A stretch of 64,000 bases of DNA from Lepidodermella squamata (Eukaryota; Animalia; Gastrotricha), in contig JBLDXI010000015.1 in the NCBI GenBank assembly GCA_047495785.1, forward strand, positions 1,984,001-2,048,000. The letters run 5' to 3'. A program made the translations under genes and the position numbers. Positions 1-10,561 of the stretch are shown one piece after another; the first letter of the stretch is position 1, and each line of letters opens with the position of its first letter. The notes beneath the pieces are model-generated. The model saw only the letters and a program-made list of their open reading frames with translations. It was not told the origin of the DNA and made no database searches.

Positions 1-456
1 TTTATTCGACAAACGTGAATGTCGAATCATGTGGATTTTACGCTTTCTCGCTTTCTCGAAACATTTCTACGCTTTCTGCCGCTATATTAACGCTTGTATG
101 ATGTATCGTCGCGTAGAAAATAGGAAGAGATATTAAGGTGCTTTTAGTAATGCCTTTAATCGATAACTCTGGATTCGACTCAAGACGCTAGCGAATAGCG
201 AATAGAGGTAAATTATTACATAGATGTTAGCGTTAAGAAATTGCTTGGCTATTAAGTTTTCCCCGAATAAAGAAGATTATCGGTATCAAATTTTCAGCGC
301 CATCCGTGACAAGAAACAAAAAAGGGGACAATTCTTTCTACGAGCATGGTGGCTTTATACAACTTGGATACTTATGTAACTTGGAATGTAATACCGCGCA
401 CGAGCACTTAGAGGTGCTAATTGACAAGATTGAATTTATCACTGCTCGAAAAAGTA

Positions 457-530
457 AGGTTCCGGCGGGGTTCGAACCCGCGACCTTCTGCGTGTAAAGC
501 AGACGTGATGAACCACTACACAACGGAACC
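457..530 (-). tRNA. tRNA-Val(TAC), cassette A
   Basis: GGTTCCG/CGGAACC acceptor stem, anticodon arm TCTGC-TT-TAC-AC-GCAGA, GTTCGA T-loop. Confidence 0.93.
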
Positions 531-875
531 TTGATGGAAACAAAACTGCTCGAGCGATTCGAAAATAGGTGAAATATATAAGAATGGAGGAAGAATTCCT
601 GAATCGGTTATCGAAACCTGGTCGAGTCTCGGAATCCGGGCCACTTGAATATCGTTAGGACGCGCCAAAACAATCACTTTGTTTACTCATTCGATTGGAA
701 TTTAAGGATTTTAAACGTATTAATGAAGCACCTTCGGCTTTTTTGAGCACTGATAGTAATTTGCATTTACGTTCAAGTGTCGAACGCACTTTCCATAAAA
801 AATCTATAAATAGTAAAGTGTTATGGCTCGTCGCTAACAATATCAGTTAGGGTCCATTTTTCAAAAAGTTGAAGC

Positions 876-949
876 TGCCCCCTGTGAGGATCGAACTCAC
901 GACCTCCAGATTATGAGACTGGCGCTCTAGCCAACTGAGCCAAGGAGGC
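876..949 (-). tRNA. tRNA-Met(CAT), elongator type, cassette A
   Basis: GCCTCCT/AGGGGGC-A acceptor, CCAGT-CT-CAT-AA-TCTGG arm, GTTCGA T-loop. Confidence 0.93.
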
Positions 950-1020
950 GCTTGTGTTCACCCTTGATCCTATTCTCCTAATCAATTGGGCATTAAATGA
1001 TTGAGGGAAAAAGAGAGCCG

Positions 1021-1092
1021 AGGCCCAGACGGGGATCGAACCCGCGACCTTCTGTTTACAAGACAGATGCTCTACCACTAAGCTACTGAGCC
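1021..1092 (-). tRNA. tRNA-Thr(TGT), cassette A
   Basis: GGCTCAG/CTGGGCC acceptor, TCTGT-CT-TGT-AA-ACAGA arm. Confidence 0.93.
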
Positions 1093-1162
1093 GGCTGATA
1101 GCTGAAAGTTTTGGTGAATTTTTCCTTTGGAATCGATTGATTCAAGAGGATAAATAAGTTAA

Positions 1163-1234
1163 CGACCCAGATGGGACTCGAACCCACAATCTCCGGCTCC
1201 GGAGGCCGACGCCTTACCATTAGGCCACTAGGCC
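1163..1234 (-). tRNA. tRNA-Arg(CCG), cassette A
   Basis: GGCCTAG/CTGGGTC-G acceptor, TCGGC-CT-CCG-GA-GCCGG arm. Confidence 0.93.
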
Positions 1235-1251
1235 GGTGCATGGCTAGCTAT

Positions 1252-1281
1252 TGGCGCTTTAGCCAACTGAGTCAAGGGGGC
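1252..1281 (-). pseudogene. 5' half fragment of tRNA-Met
   Basis: tggcgctttagccaactgagtcaagggggc(gcttgtg) is a diverged copy of the Met 5' half plus its leader. Confidence 0.7.
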
Positions 1282-1941
1282 GCTTGTGATCAAGAATGTG
1301 AAAAATGCACCACTTATTCTTTAATCGAGATGTTATCTTGGTTTGTTAACTATTGATGCTATGAAAATTTGAAAATCAATTCATATTATCATTAAATTGT
1401 CACCAGCAAAGCAAAGCAATCGTGCAATAGGCCATAAATCGGTTTACCATGAACGCTAGCAAGCTAGCCTCAACTTAGCCTCAACTACATTAATTCGGTC
1501 AAAAAAGTCTAAAACCAGCAGTCAGACCATTTTCACTCGGGCGGCATCGAAAACAATTAATTGCCCCAATAAGTCTCGAAACCACAACCGATACCTTCGA
1601 TAGAGCTTTTTGAAATTATAATGAATAAACGAACAGCCCAAATGTGAAATAGAGTGAGTAGAACCTGTTAACAAAATTTAAAATCACAAAATTTAAAGTT
1701 CGACCATCAGGCGAGTTCTCAGGCCAAGATCCATTCAAATAGTGCAACTAATAGCTTACAAATTGAAGTCTTAATTACTCCAAATCGTTGCTTCCGCACG
1801 TCAATCATAAATATCGAATTAAAAATTCTCATAAATTTATAACCATCCTGCTCTTAATCCACAGATATTTAATATGCGAAAGCTGATTTCTGCGGCAGTG
1901 AAATACATTTATTGATTGCAAGCAAATTGAGTTTGACATAG

Positions 1942-4900
1942 TTATCGCCTCGTGAGAATTTCGATTATTTCTCGTACTTCTTTGGAATTCTTCAAACATT
2001 CGTAATAAGGGTTTTTAGCCAAATCCAGTGCAGTTTGTCCCATATTGTTTTTCAAATTTGCCTTGGCTCTGCATTTATTGAGAAGAAGATCAACAATAGC
2101 AGCTTCTGTCCCATAGGCAGCTGTCATCAGTGGTGTATAACCATTCTTATCTGCCGCGTTGACGTCGGCGTTGAACTGGCTCGCCAGCAGTTTCACAACG
2201 TCAGGTTTGCTATTCCAGGTGGTTTCGTGCAATGGCGTCCTGCCATCGCAATTTGCCGCGTTTACCTCGGCATTAAACTTGCCCGCCAGCAACTTAACGA
2301 CGTCATATTTCCCATATCTGGCGGCCCGGTGCAATGGCGTCCAACCATCCTTGCCTGCTGCGTTAACGTCGGCTTTGAACGTGCCTGCCAGCAGTTCAAC
2401 AATTTTAACATGGCCATTCTCTGCGGCCCAGTGCAATGGCGCCCAACCATCCTTGCCTGCTGCGTTGACGTCGGCATTGAACTTGCTCGCCAACAGTTGG
2501 ACTACGTCAGCTTGGCCATACGTAGCGGCCCAGTGCAATGGCGTCGAGCCATTCATATTTGCCGCCTTGACGTCGGCATTGAACTGGCTCGCCAGCAGTT
2601 CCACGACGTCAGCTTTCCCATATCTGGCGGCCCAGTGCAATGGGGTCCAACCATCCTTGCTTGCTGCGTTAACGTCGGCTTTGAAATGGCCTGCCAGCAG
2701 TTCCACTACGTTAGCTTGGCCATAAGTGGCGGCCCAGTGCAATGGCGTCAAGCCATTGATATTTGCCGCGTTGACGTCGGCTTTGAACTTGCCCGCCAGC
2801 AGTTCAACAATTTCAACATGGCCCTTCGAGGCGGCCCAGTGCAGTGCCGTCGAGCCATTCACATCTGCTGCGTTAACGTCGGCCTTAAACTTGCCTGCCA
2901 GCAGTTCCACTACGTCAGCTTTGCTATGGATGGTGGCTTCGTGCAATGGCGTTCTGCCATAGTAATTTGCCGCGTTGACGTCGGCCTTAAACTTGATTGC
3001 CAGCAGTTCTACGACGTCGGCTTTGCCGTTCGAGGCGGCATAGTGCAATGGCGACCATTCATTCGCATTTGCCGCGTTGACGTCGGCATTGAACTTGCCC
3101 GCCAGCAGTTCAACAATTTCAACATGGCCTTTGTAAGCTGCAGTGCACAGTGCAGTTATGTTGTTTTCCCAATATTTGCCGTTAACATCCAGGCCAAATC
3201 GGTCCTTGTATAGCAGCAATTGTGACATTCTCGTTGCATCCTTTTCAAGTGCGCACCTCACGAATTCCTTTAAAAACAATGAGCATTGCTTTACTTTCGA
3301 AAGCTTTGAGGTTTTGGAGGGAATAAGAAGTTCAAGGTCACTAGCCAGGCGCATTCTCATTTCGATATTATATCCCGGTCGTTCACTGTAAAAAACGCTT
3401 TCAGAGCGATTTAAAGCGTTATTTCTTCATTTAATTTATATTAATAATTTCGGTTTCAGAATTTTAGGACAGAAGAGAAACTCTAACAAGCTCTGGTAGT
3501 CGTCTTGATTTTTCTAAGAATTTTCTGCTAATTGTTTACATCGCAAAGTATTTTGAATTGGACAAAGCAAATCAAACCTATAATCTAACATATCGAAATG
3601 GAAATCTGATATTTGATATTTGATGATGGTAGATTATTTTTAATCATACCTCGATGGCTTCCTCTTTGGTTGTTACGCCAAATAGGAAAATGTGATCCAG
3701 GACTAGATCGATGGTGGGACGTGTTTCATGTTGCTTGTCAATGAGTGACATGATGAAGTCCTGGCAGGGGGCTGAATAACCACGGGAAACGTCGAATGGC
3801 CGCGGTGGCAGACTAAATGATGACATGACAACAAGAACACAATGTAAAAGTCACCGCCAAGATGCTCATGAGGTGAAAAAAAATTCTGTAATCATCTACT
3901 ACCGTATTATCGCGGTTCTTCCGGCATGTCGATATATTTTTACAATAATAATGTGACGATATAATTCAGGTATATCGAAACTGCAGAAAAGCGAGAACTT
4001 TTTCTTTGTCAATGGATGAGATATTCTATCCTTTCCTTTGCTATTCCTCATATTGACATAAAAAAATGCGGTACTAACGCGGGGTACAACCCCAACCCCG
4101 TGGCAGAAATGACATGCTGGGGTGGCCATTGGCGAACTTAATATCCATAATAGTAAATTACCGGTATTGCTTGACGTCACCGACATTTTGCAATATCAAA
4201 CATTTGATCCATCCGCCAAAATTGTGCTTTGTGCTCTCAACTTTTCAACGCTAGTAGGGAATTCGAGAAAACAAATTATATATTCTGAATCAGCATGATT
4301 AGTTAGAGCTGCTTGCAAATTGGAGTGCGATTATCTTCCAAATTTTGAAGCAAGTATAGTTGAACTGCGCGCGATTGGTGGTGGTGGGTGGGCATTTGCG
4401 CGCGTGTGCTATCGCGTTAATATCGGAAGTAGTACACTAAACAGCAGCAATTGCGAGAGGGCGCTTATTAATCCAGTAAGCGCGCGCCCTCACAAATGGA
4501 TGGCAATTTTTGTTACATCATTATTTCCAAAGTATGACCAATATTTGTTTATGCCTCGCATGTTTTCAATAACTCCGTAACCATGAGAGGAATATTTTTA
4601 AGCGGTTTTCAACATTCGATAGATCAGGTCCCCAGTAAATATTCCTGGAATTTTCGTAAAAATGAGATCGGAGCGAAGAATTGGTGACGAAATTGCTGTC
4701 TTGCAGTTTTAATTAACTCCATTTTGGAATATTATAGCGCGCATATGTTATTACCGCCCTTATAATTTCACGACAATCCAAAATGTCTACTTCGTTTTGC
4801 GAAAATTCCGTTGCGTTGAAAAGTTGACTTTAACTCATACGCACATTGTTAGACACTTAGGCTAGAACTGACTAGTCATAAATTGAACTGGTATGTCTTA

Positions 4901-5936
4901 CTGCAGGATGTTAGATACCACCACCATCTGATTAGGGCCGCCGAACTGAAATGAATTCAGCATTAATTCAGTGAAGAATCTAATGAAGTGCGCTTTCCGA
5001 TAACTCTTACCGGTTTGGCAAAGTTTGCCAATTCGTAAAGAGTAACGCCAAACGACCACATGTCACAGGTGTATCCGTAATTGCCGGATTGCATGATAAA
5101 CTCCGGAGCTGCATATTCCCAAGAGGCACAAGGTACGGTGGATGTTGTAGCCACTTTGCTAAATAAAAATAATTAGCTTCACCACTCAAAGCCGACAGAT
5201 ATAAGGCAAGTGCGCTCAAATCATAAGTGTCTGCTCTGGGTGCATTTTTGTAACGAATTAGGCACACTTACCTTATACTTGGGCGAAAGTAATCAATGAC
5301 TTACGTCAAGTCTTTCGCGATGCCGAAGTCGCCGAGTTTGACCGCGCGCCCATCATGGCTTAAAAATATGTTGCTCGGCTTGATGTCACGGTGAACGATG
5401 CCATTCTCGTGCAAGAACTTCAAAGCCCATGCCAATTGTACGGCCCAGGATTTCAGCTGGTCCTCAATGATCTTTTCCTTATCAGCCCCAATTTGGCCTG
5501 CCAAGTCGCCACCCTCGCAATACTCCATTACCAAATAGTACATCTGGCAGCCTGTTTTAGAGCCTTCATTGCCTTGGTATAGCTCTATAGAAGTAAGTCC
5601 TTCAGGTGACACCTGGTTAGTGCGAAAGTGGCTCTGTACCTTGGAACCCCCCAAAAACTTTCACGATATTCGGGTGTGACAGCTTGTTCAGCTTGTTGTG
5701 CTGTTACGAGAAAAATTATGCTTCCAAGACGCTGTAGTCAAACAAGTCACCTCGTCACAGCTCTTTCTTGCCAACGAGCGGCTATTTTCCTCCAATCGAG
5801 TCAGGTTAACTTCCTTGACGGCATATTTGTCATCAGTTGTCCCCGCGCTACACAGGTAAACCGACCCAAATCCACCGCTACCTATAAATTGCCAGTTATT
5901 GAATTCGCGGGTTGACGTGAACATTTGTCGATCCAT
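1942..5936 (-). CDS. NEK-like Ser/Thr kinase, probably spliced to a C-terminal array of ~11 ankyrin repeats
   Basis: IGSGGFGSVY, YAVKEV, HPNIV, LVMEYCEGGDL, HRDIKPSNIFL, LGDFG, YAAPE, DMWSFG in phase-compatible exons between 5936 and ~3650; ankyrin exon 1942-3385; linking micro-exon 3482-3513 inferred. Domains are certain, the fusion is inferred. Confidence 0.75.
2050..3160 (-). repeat. 102-bp (34-aa) ankyrin tandem repeat
   Basis: TPLHWAAxxGxADVVELLAGKFxADVNAA repeated; DNA units highly similar. Confidence 0.9.
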
Positions 5937-6994
5937 TGCGCACTTTGGATTGTTAAGCACAAAGATAGTAGCATAATTCAAAATTCAAACATTTCGCAAA
6001 CAGCGGTTTAAGGGCTACGTAATTTGTTATTCCTATAAAATACGCTCCGTTATACGTGAAACAAATCGTGTTTGTGAAAGACAACCGCCTAACGTGAGAA
6101 ATGCGGCGTATTGCCAACGTTTTATTACGCCATAGAGGTTTTTTCTACCAAAAATATACGTTGCCTACGCTCACTATTAACAGCGTTCAATTTCTTGAAC
6201 CTCCTCATAAAATTGAATTAAATTGAATTTCCCATCCTCCAAATTGGTCATTTGAATATGATGCACGCGCCAAGACATAAGAGCATAAATAGTGAAATAG
6301 TGAAAGTAATTCGTGAATATTTTAAGATTTCGTTATTGAGTATTACGCCGTATTTCATCTCTCTCGTTTCCGGTTTTATGTATCGCCGGTTTTGCATATT
6401 TTGCAAGTGTTGCGGGTTTCCTAATTTGAATATAGCGACTTTGGGAATCGAAATACGGAACTTATCAGTATTTTCCGTGATACGCGGACAGCTTCCATCA
6501 TGCGGACAAAGCATAACTTGGACCCACTCGCGACAATTGCGAAATCGCGTTGCCATATGTCGGCGACTCGGTGTTTCGGCTCGATTTGGATCGGCGTCAG
6601 AATGGCGAGGCATTTGCCGAGTCTCACCCTTACATGTCTCTCTCCTCGACCACTCTCTGATGCGACAAGTTTCCATGATGAAAGATGATTCTCGAACGTG
6701 GGGTGGGCAGTCGGGTTGACGTGGCCAGATCAAAAGGCTTTAGACGCCGAGTTCCGCACTGCGAAAGCGGCTCAGCAATTGCGCCGTGATGTGGAACTCT
6801 GTCGTCCCAGCGCCGCCTGCGTCGTCTCGATAAGTTCCATCTTGCCCGTTTTGAATAAAGAAGATTATCTGTATTAATTTTTCAGCGCCATCCATAAGAA
6901 GAAAGAGAAAGAAGGCGTTAATCCTTTCTATATGCAAAATACTATATAGATTTGATTGTAATACCATGCACGAGGATACCTACCCTTGTTCCAA

Positions 6995-7043
6995 GTGTAA
7001 AGCAGACGTGATGACCCTCGATGAATCACTACAAAACTGAACC
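6995..7043 (-). pseudogene. degenerate tRNA-Val(TAC) remnant, cassette B
   Basis: gtgtaaagcagacgtgatga...gaatcactacaaaactgaacc matches the 5' half of Val(TAC) with an insertion; 3' half lost. Confidence 0.7.
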
Positions 7044-7165
7044 TTCATAAAAAAAACTGCTCGATCAGGACATGAATATAGAAAGAATTTCCGAATCGGG
7101 AAAATCGGGAAGCGAATCCTAACCACTTGAACATCATCAGGATCCATCTTTCAAAAAGTTGAAGC

Positions 7166-7239
7166 TGCCCCCTGTGAGGATCGAACTCACGACCTCCAGA
7201 TTATGAGACTGGCGCTCTAGCCAACTGAGCCAAGGAGGC
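7166..7239 (-). tRNA. tRNA-Met(CAT), cassette B
   Basis: same sequence as 876-949. Confidence 0.93.
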
Positions 7240-7310
7240 GCTTGTGGTTACTCTGGGTCCATTTCTCATTTCTTAATTTAGCTATCAATGCTGAGGAAAA
7301 AGAGAAGCCG

Positions 7311-7382
7311 AGGCCCAGACGGGGATCGAACCCGCGACCTTCTGTTTACAAGACAGATGCTCTACCACTAAGCTACTGAGCC
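7311..7382 (-). tRNA. tRNA-Thr(TGT), cassette B
   Basis: same sequence as 1021-1092. Confidence 0.93.
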
Positions 7383-7452
7383 GGCTGAAAGCTGAGATTT
7401 TTGATGAATTTTTCCTGTGGAATCGATTGATTTAAGAGGGCAAAAAAGTTAG

Positions 7453-7524
7453 CGACCCAGATGGGACTCGAACCCACAATCTCCGGCTCCGGAGGCCGAC
7501 GCCTTACCATTAGGCCACTAGGCC
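7453..7524 (-). tRNA. tRNA-Arg(CCG), cassette B
   Basis: same sequence as 1163-1234. Confidence 0.93.
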
Positions 7525-7854
7525 GGCTAGAATTTGCAAAGATCAAAAGCCGTCCTGTTGATATGGTGAAGGATCCTCTCTCTGAAAACCGGTGCATGAC
7601 TGGCTAATTCTACCAGAATTAGAGCTTCAAAAAGTGGGAAAGAAATCCGTGGTGTCGTACACCACGTGCCGCAAGGCCTCCTAGAACCTAGCAACCAATG
7701 TTGTAGAGCATATCAACGCCTGGCAAATTAAATCCAAAAACTTTGGGGAAGTAAATGGGAATTCGGCAGGTTTTATAGCAGTATTTTGAGATCGTTAAAA
7801 CTTGGCATGCTAATTATCCGCATTTCTCTTGCAGTCGGTTTTAGATCCCACGTA

Positions 7855-7936
7855 GCTGCTATGCCCGAGTGGTTAAGGGGTCTGACTTGAAATCAGATGC
7901 GGTCTCCGCGCGTAGGTTCAAATCCTACTGGCAGCG
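7855..7936 (+). tRNA. tRNA-Ser(TGA), cassette B
   Basis: 82 nt, GCTGCTA/TGGCAGC-G acceptor, TCTGA-CT-TGA-AA-TCAGA arm, long variable arm GCGG-TCT-CCGC. Confidence 0.93.
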
Positions 7937-8069
7937 AATTATTTTTTATTAAAACCACTTATTAGAACAATTTTCATTGCGCATCTTAATTAGGCTGAAT
8001 TAGTATGAACCGACGAGGGTGCTGAAGTGGTCAAAGCCGCATTCGATGCGTTATCATCGTACTGAAAAA

Positions 8070-9568
8070 ATGAGATTTATTTCCTTCAAGCTGATTCTAA
8101 TCGCTGCCACTTTTTGGCACTGCCTACAAGCTCAGCCTGATCCTAACGAGAAATGCCGAGAAACCATTGATCGACGAAACTCGAAGGACCTGTACGCTGA
8201 CCCAAGCGATTGCCACTTCTACTTCCAATGCTTTTACGTCAATGAAACAGCTGCTGTTGGTTTTCGACGCAACTGCCCGGCCGGCCAATACTTCAGCGAA
8301 CAAGTTTTGACTTGCATGGCTGAAGGGCCGACGTCATGTGGCAATGATAGATGCGAAAACCAGACGATAGCGATGATCGGTTGCTATGCATCACCAACAA
8401 GCTGCTCTACTTACTTCATCTGCGCCCATGGATCGAGCTTCCAGTTTTGCTGCCCAGCTGGTACTGCCATCAATGAGACGACATGCTTGTGTGACGCGAA
8501 CCCGAACTGTAGTGATGTTTGCACATTACCCGAGACAACATCCACCGCAATCACTCCACCGAGTTCAAACGCAACTCATTGCACGGATCCCTATGGAACT
8601 TTGCTGCAGCCAGTCACTGGTCGGCCCGACCAATACATCGCCGTTGGACCTGATGGTCAAGAAACCGTGATGAACTGTGCCCCTGGTACAGCCTTCCGTC
8701 TCGACGATTGTGCTTGTCATGACTTGACAACAATCGCCAATCCAACGTCTGCTCGTCAGTGTTTGATTTTTCTGCCCTTTGACCAGGACTTCATGGACAA
8801 GTCTGTACATGAATTTATGACTGATGTTATCGGCGATGCTCAACTTGAATCGACCGCATGGGCGCATGGTTCCGGATCGCTTCATCTCAACGATGGCCGC
8901 GTCGAGTTACCAGGTCTGAAAGGCATCGACCTCGACAAACATGCCTCGTGGTGCATTTTCTTCAGGTAAGCTTTGGTATGAATCATATTTACTATAAATT
9001 TTCCTAATTTTTAGATGCGACTCTGGTTCTGCCGCCAACCCTTACGCTTGCCTGCGTTCTGGTGGATTGATTTCGAACAGCGGAGGTCATGCTGATGATT
9101 ATTCTTTCATCATGTCGACAAATACCGACCAAACAACCCAGGCCCGTGTCGATGCTAACATAAGACTTGTGAATCCAAGCGATACGATTCAGCTCTCTTA
9201 CCCCCCGACAGCTGCCAACGGTTTTAACCAAGCCTGTGTTACCTATGATGGCGCGCAAGCTACACTTTACGTCAATGGGGTATGAATTTCTCCGTAATTT
9301 TAGGCCGTGAATTATGATGGATTGATTTTGATATTAGGAAGTTGTGCAACCCTGCGCCAATTGTGTCAAACCCAGTCACGGTGGCTCAGTTGCTATTTCG
9401 CAGCATCCTTACACAATCGGGTCGGATCAAACATTCGGTAACTTCACTGGCTACATTGATGAGGTGCTGATCTGCCCAACTGTGCTGAGCAATGCTGAAG
9501 TCAGCGCTCATTTCACCGGCGATTACGCTTATCTGGCCAATCAAGGTCTTATACCCCAGCAGCCTTAA
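8070..9568 (+). CDS. secreted chitin-binding (CBM14/peritrophin-A-like) + LamG/concanavalin-like protein, Pif-like architecture
   Basis: signal peptide MRFISFKLILIAATFWHCLQA; ADPSDCHFYFQC...CPAGQYF...C and two more Cys modules; Thr-rich linker; LamG motifs (TYDG...LYVNG, TIG, FTGYIDEV...LS..EV). Exons 8070-8965, 9015-9279, 9338-9568. Confidence 0.85.
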
Positions 9569-9747
9569 CAATTACGGATAACTTATTTGTGATTAAAGAC
9601 CTTTATTTCTTCAAATAAAATGCATTTTTTGACGGAATTAAAATGTGCACTTGATCTTTTGGGTTCGTGGCTCATGGTGTGTTTGTACTTTGCGCTTTCA
9701 GCGCGCAAAAAGCGCGCACAACAGGAGCGAAATTTAAGCAGTTACCA

Positions 9748-9765
9748 TGTGTGTGTGTGTGTGTG
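9748..9765. repeat. (GT)n microsatellite
   Basis: atgtgtgtgtgtgtgtgtg. Confidence 0.8.
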
Positions 9766-10561
9766 GTATTTTTTGCTCAGCGCTGCGGCAAAAGGCGCTA
9801 ATAACACATTATCAGGCTAAATCGCGGGCACGCGAAAAAAGGTATTATTTTTCAACTCGTTAATATTTGCCCGTGAACGCGCATCTAGCGCCCATATATA
9901 GTAGTTAGCGCGTATGATGGCAATAAAACGCAAGAACTTGAATTGAGCGCGAACGCGACTGGCGCGGACAAAGTTTTGGCGACAACAAACACGCGGCTGT
10001 GGCGCGAGCCCGTTGGCGCTATTTGCATACAATCTTTTTCAGGTGCACTTTTCTGCGCGCTCGCGCGAGCCTCGGGTCACGCATATAATATACTCTCAGG
10101 CTTTATTTTGCCGCTACCGCGTCTTGCACGCGGGATGGACGACTCGGCAGCGCAGATTAACGCGACGACGGCGCGGAAAACCATACAGGTATAAATTGTT
10201 ATTTATTTGCCGAAATTTTTTCGCTCGCGCTTTCTGAATATCCGCACTGTTTGAAACGCGAGCACAGCTTAATAATAATGAAAATAGAAAATAATAACAG
10301 AACGACATGCAAAACCTTAGTCTTCGCCTGATATACATAATCTGCCACCTTAAAAAATAGTTTTCCAGCACAGCTTTGTTTATCGCTCACTTTTAATATA
10401 AATTTTACTACCAGTGCAACAAACAAAGCCGTTTTTCTATTCCCACAACAGACCACTTCGCGTCATTTCCACTTCTCGACGTCTTCTAGGCAAAAGCTTC
10501 CGATATAACTTGGCATATTACATTTTTGCAACTCGGAGTGAAGTTCAGATTTCGACGGTAA

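Noticed and set aside
2035-3213. 392-aa and other antisense ORFs over the ankyrin array
   Set aside because: Shadow frames produced by the stop-poor 102-bp repeat; no independent motifs
1942-3360. Horizontal transfer of the ankyrin ORF from a bacterial endosymbiont
   Set aside because: Intronless repeat alone is not evidence; it has a good upstream splice acceptor and needs phylogeny to assess
5301-5981. Kinase pseudogene with frameshifts
   Set aside because: Frame changes are explained by canonical ~50-nt GT-AG introns
6248-6967. 161-aa, 155-aa and 75-aa ORFs
   Set aside because: No recognisable domain, no consistent splice model, overlapping on both strands
7855-7936. Selenocysteine or suppressor tRNA
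   Set aside because: Anticodon is TGA (reads UCA, Ser), not TCA; normal 7-bp acceptor stem
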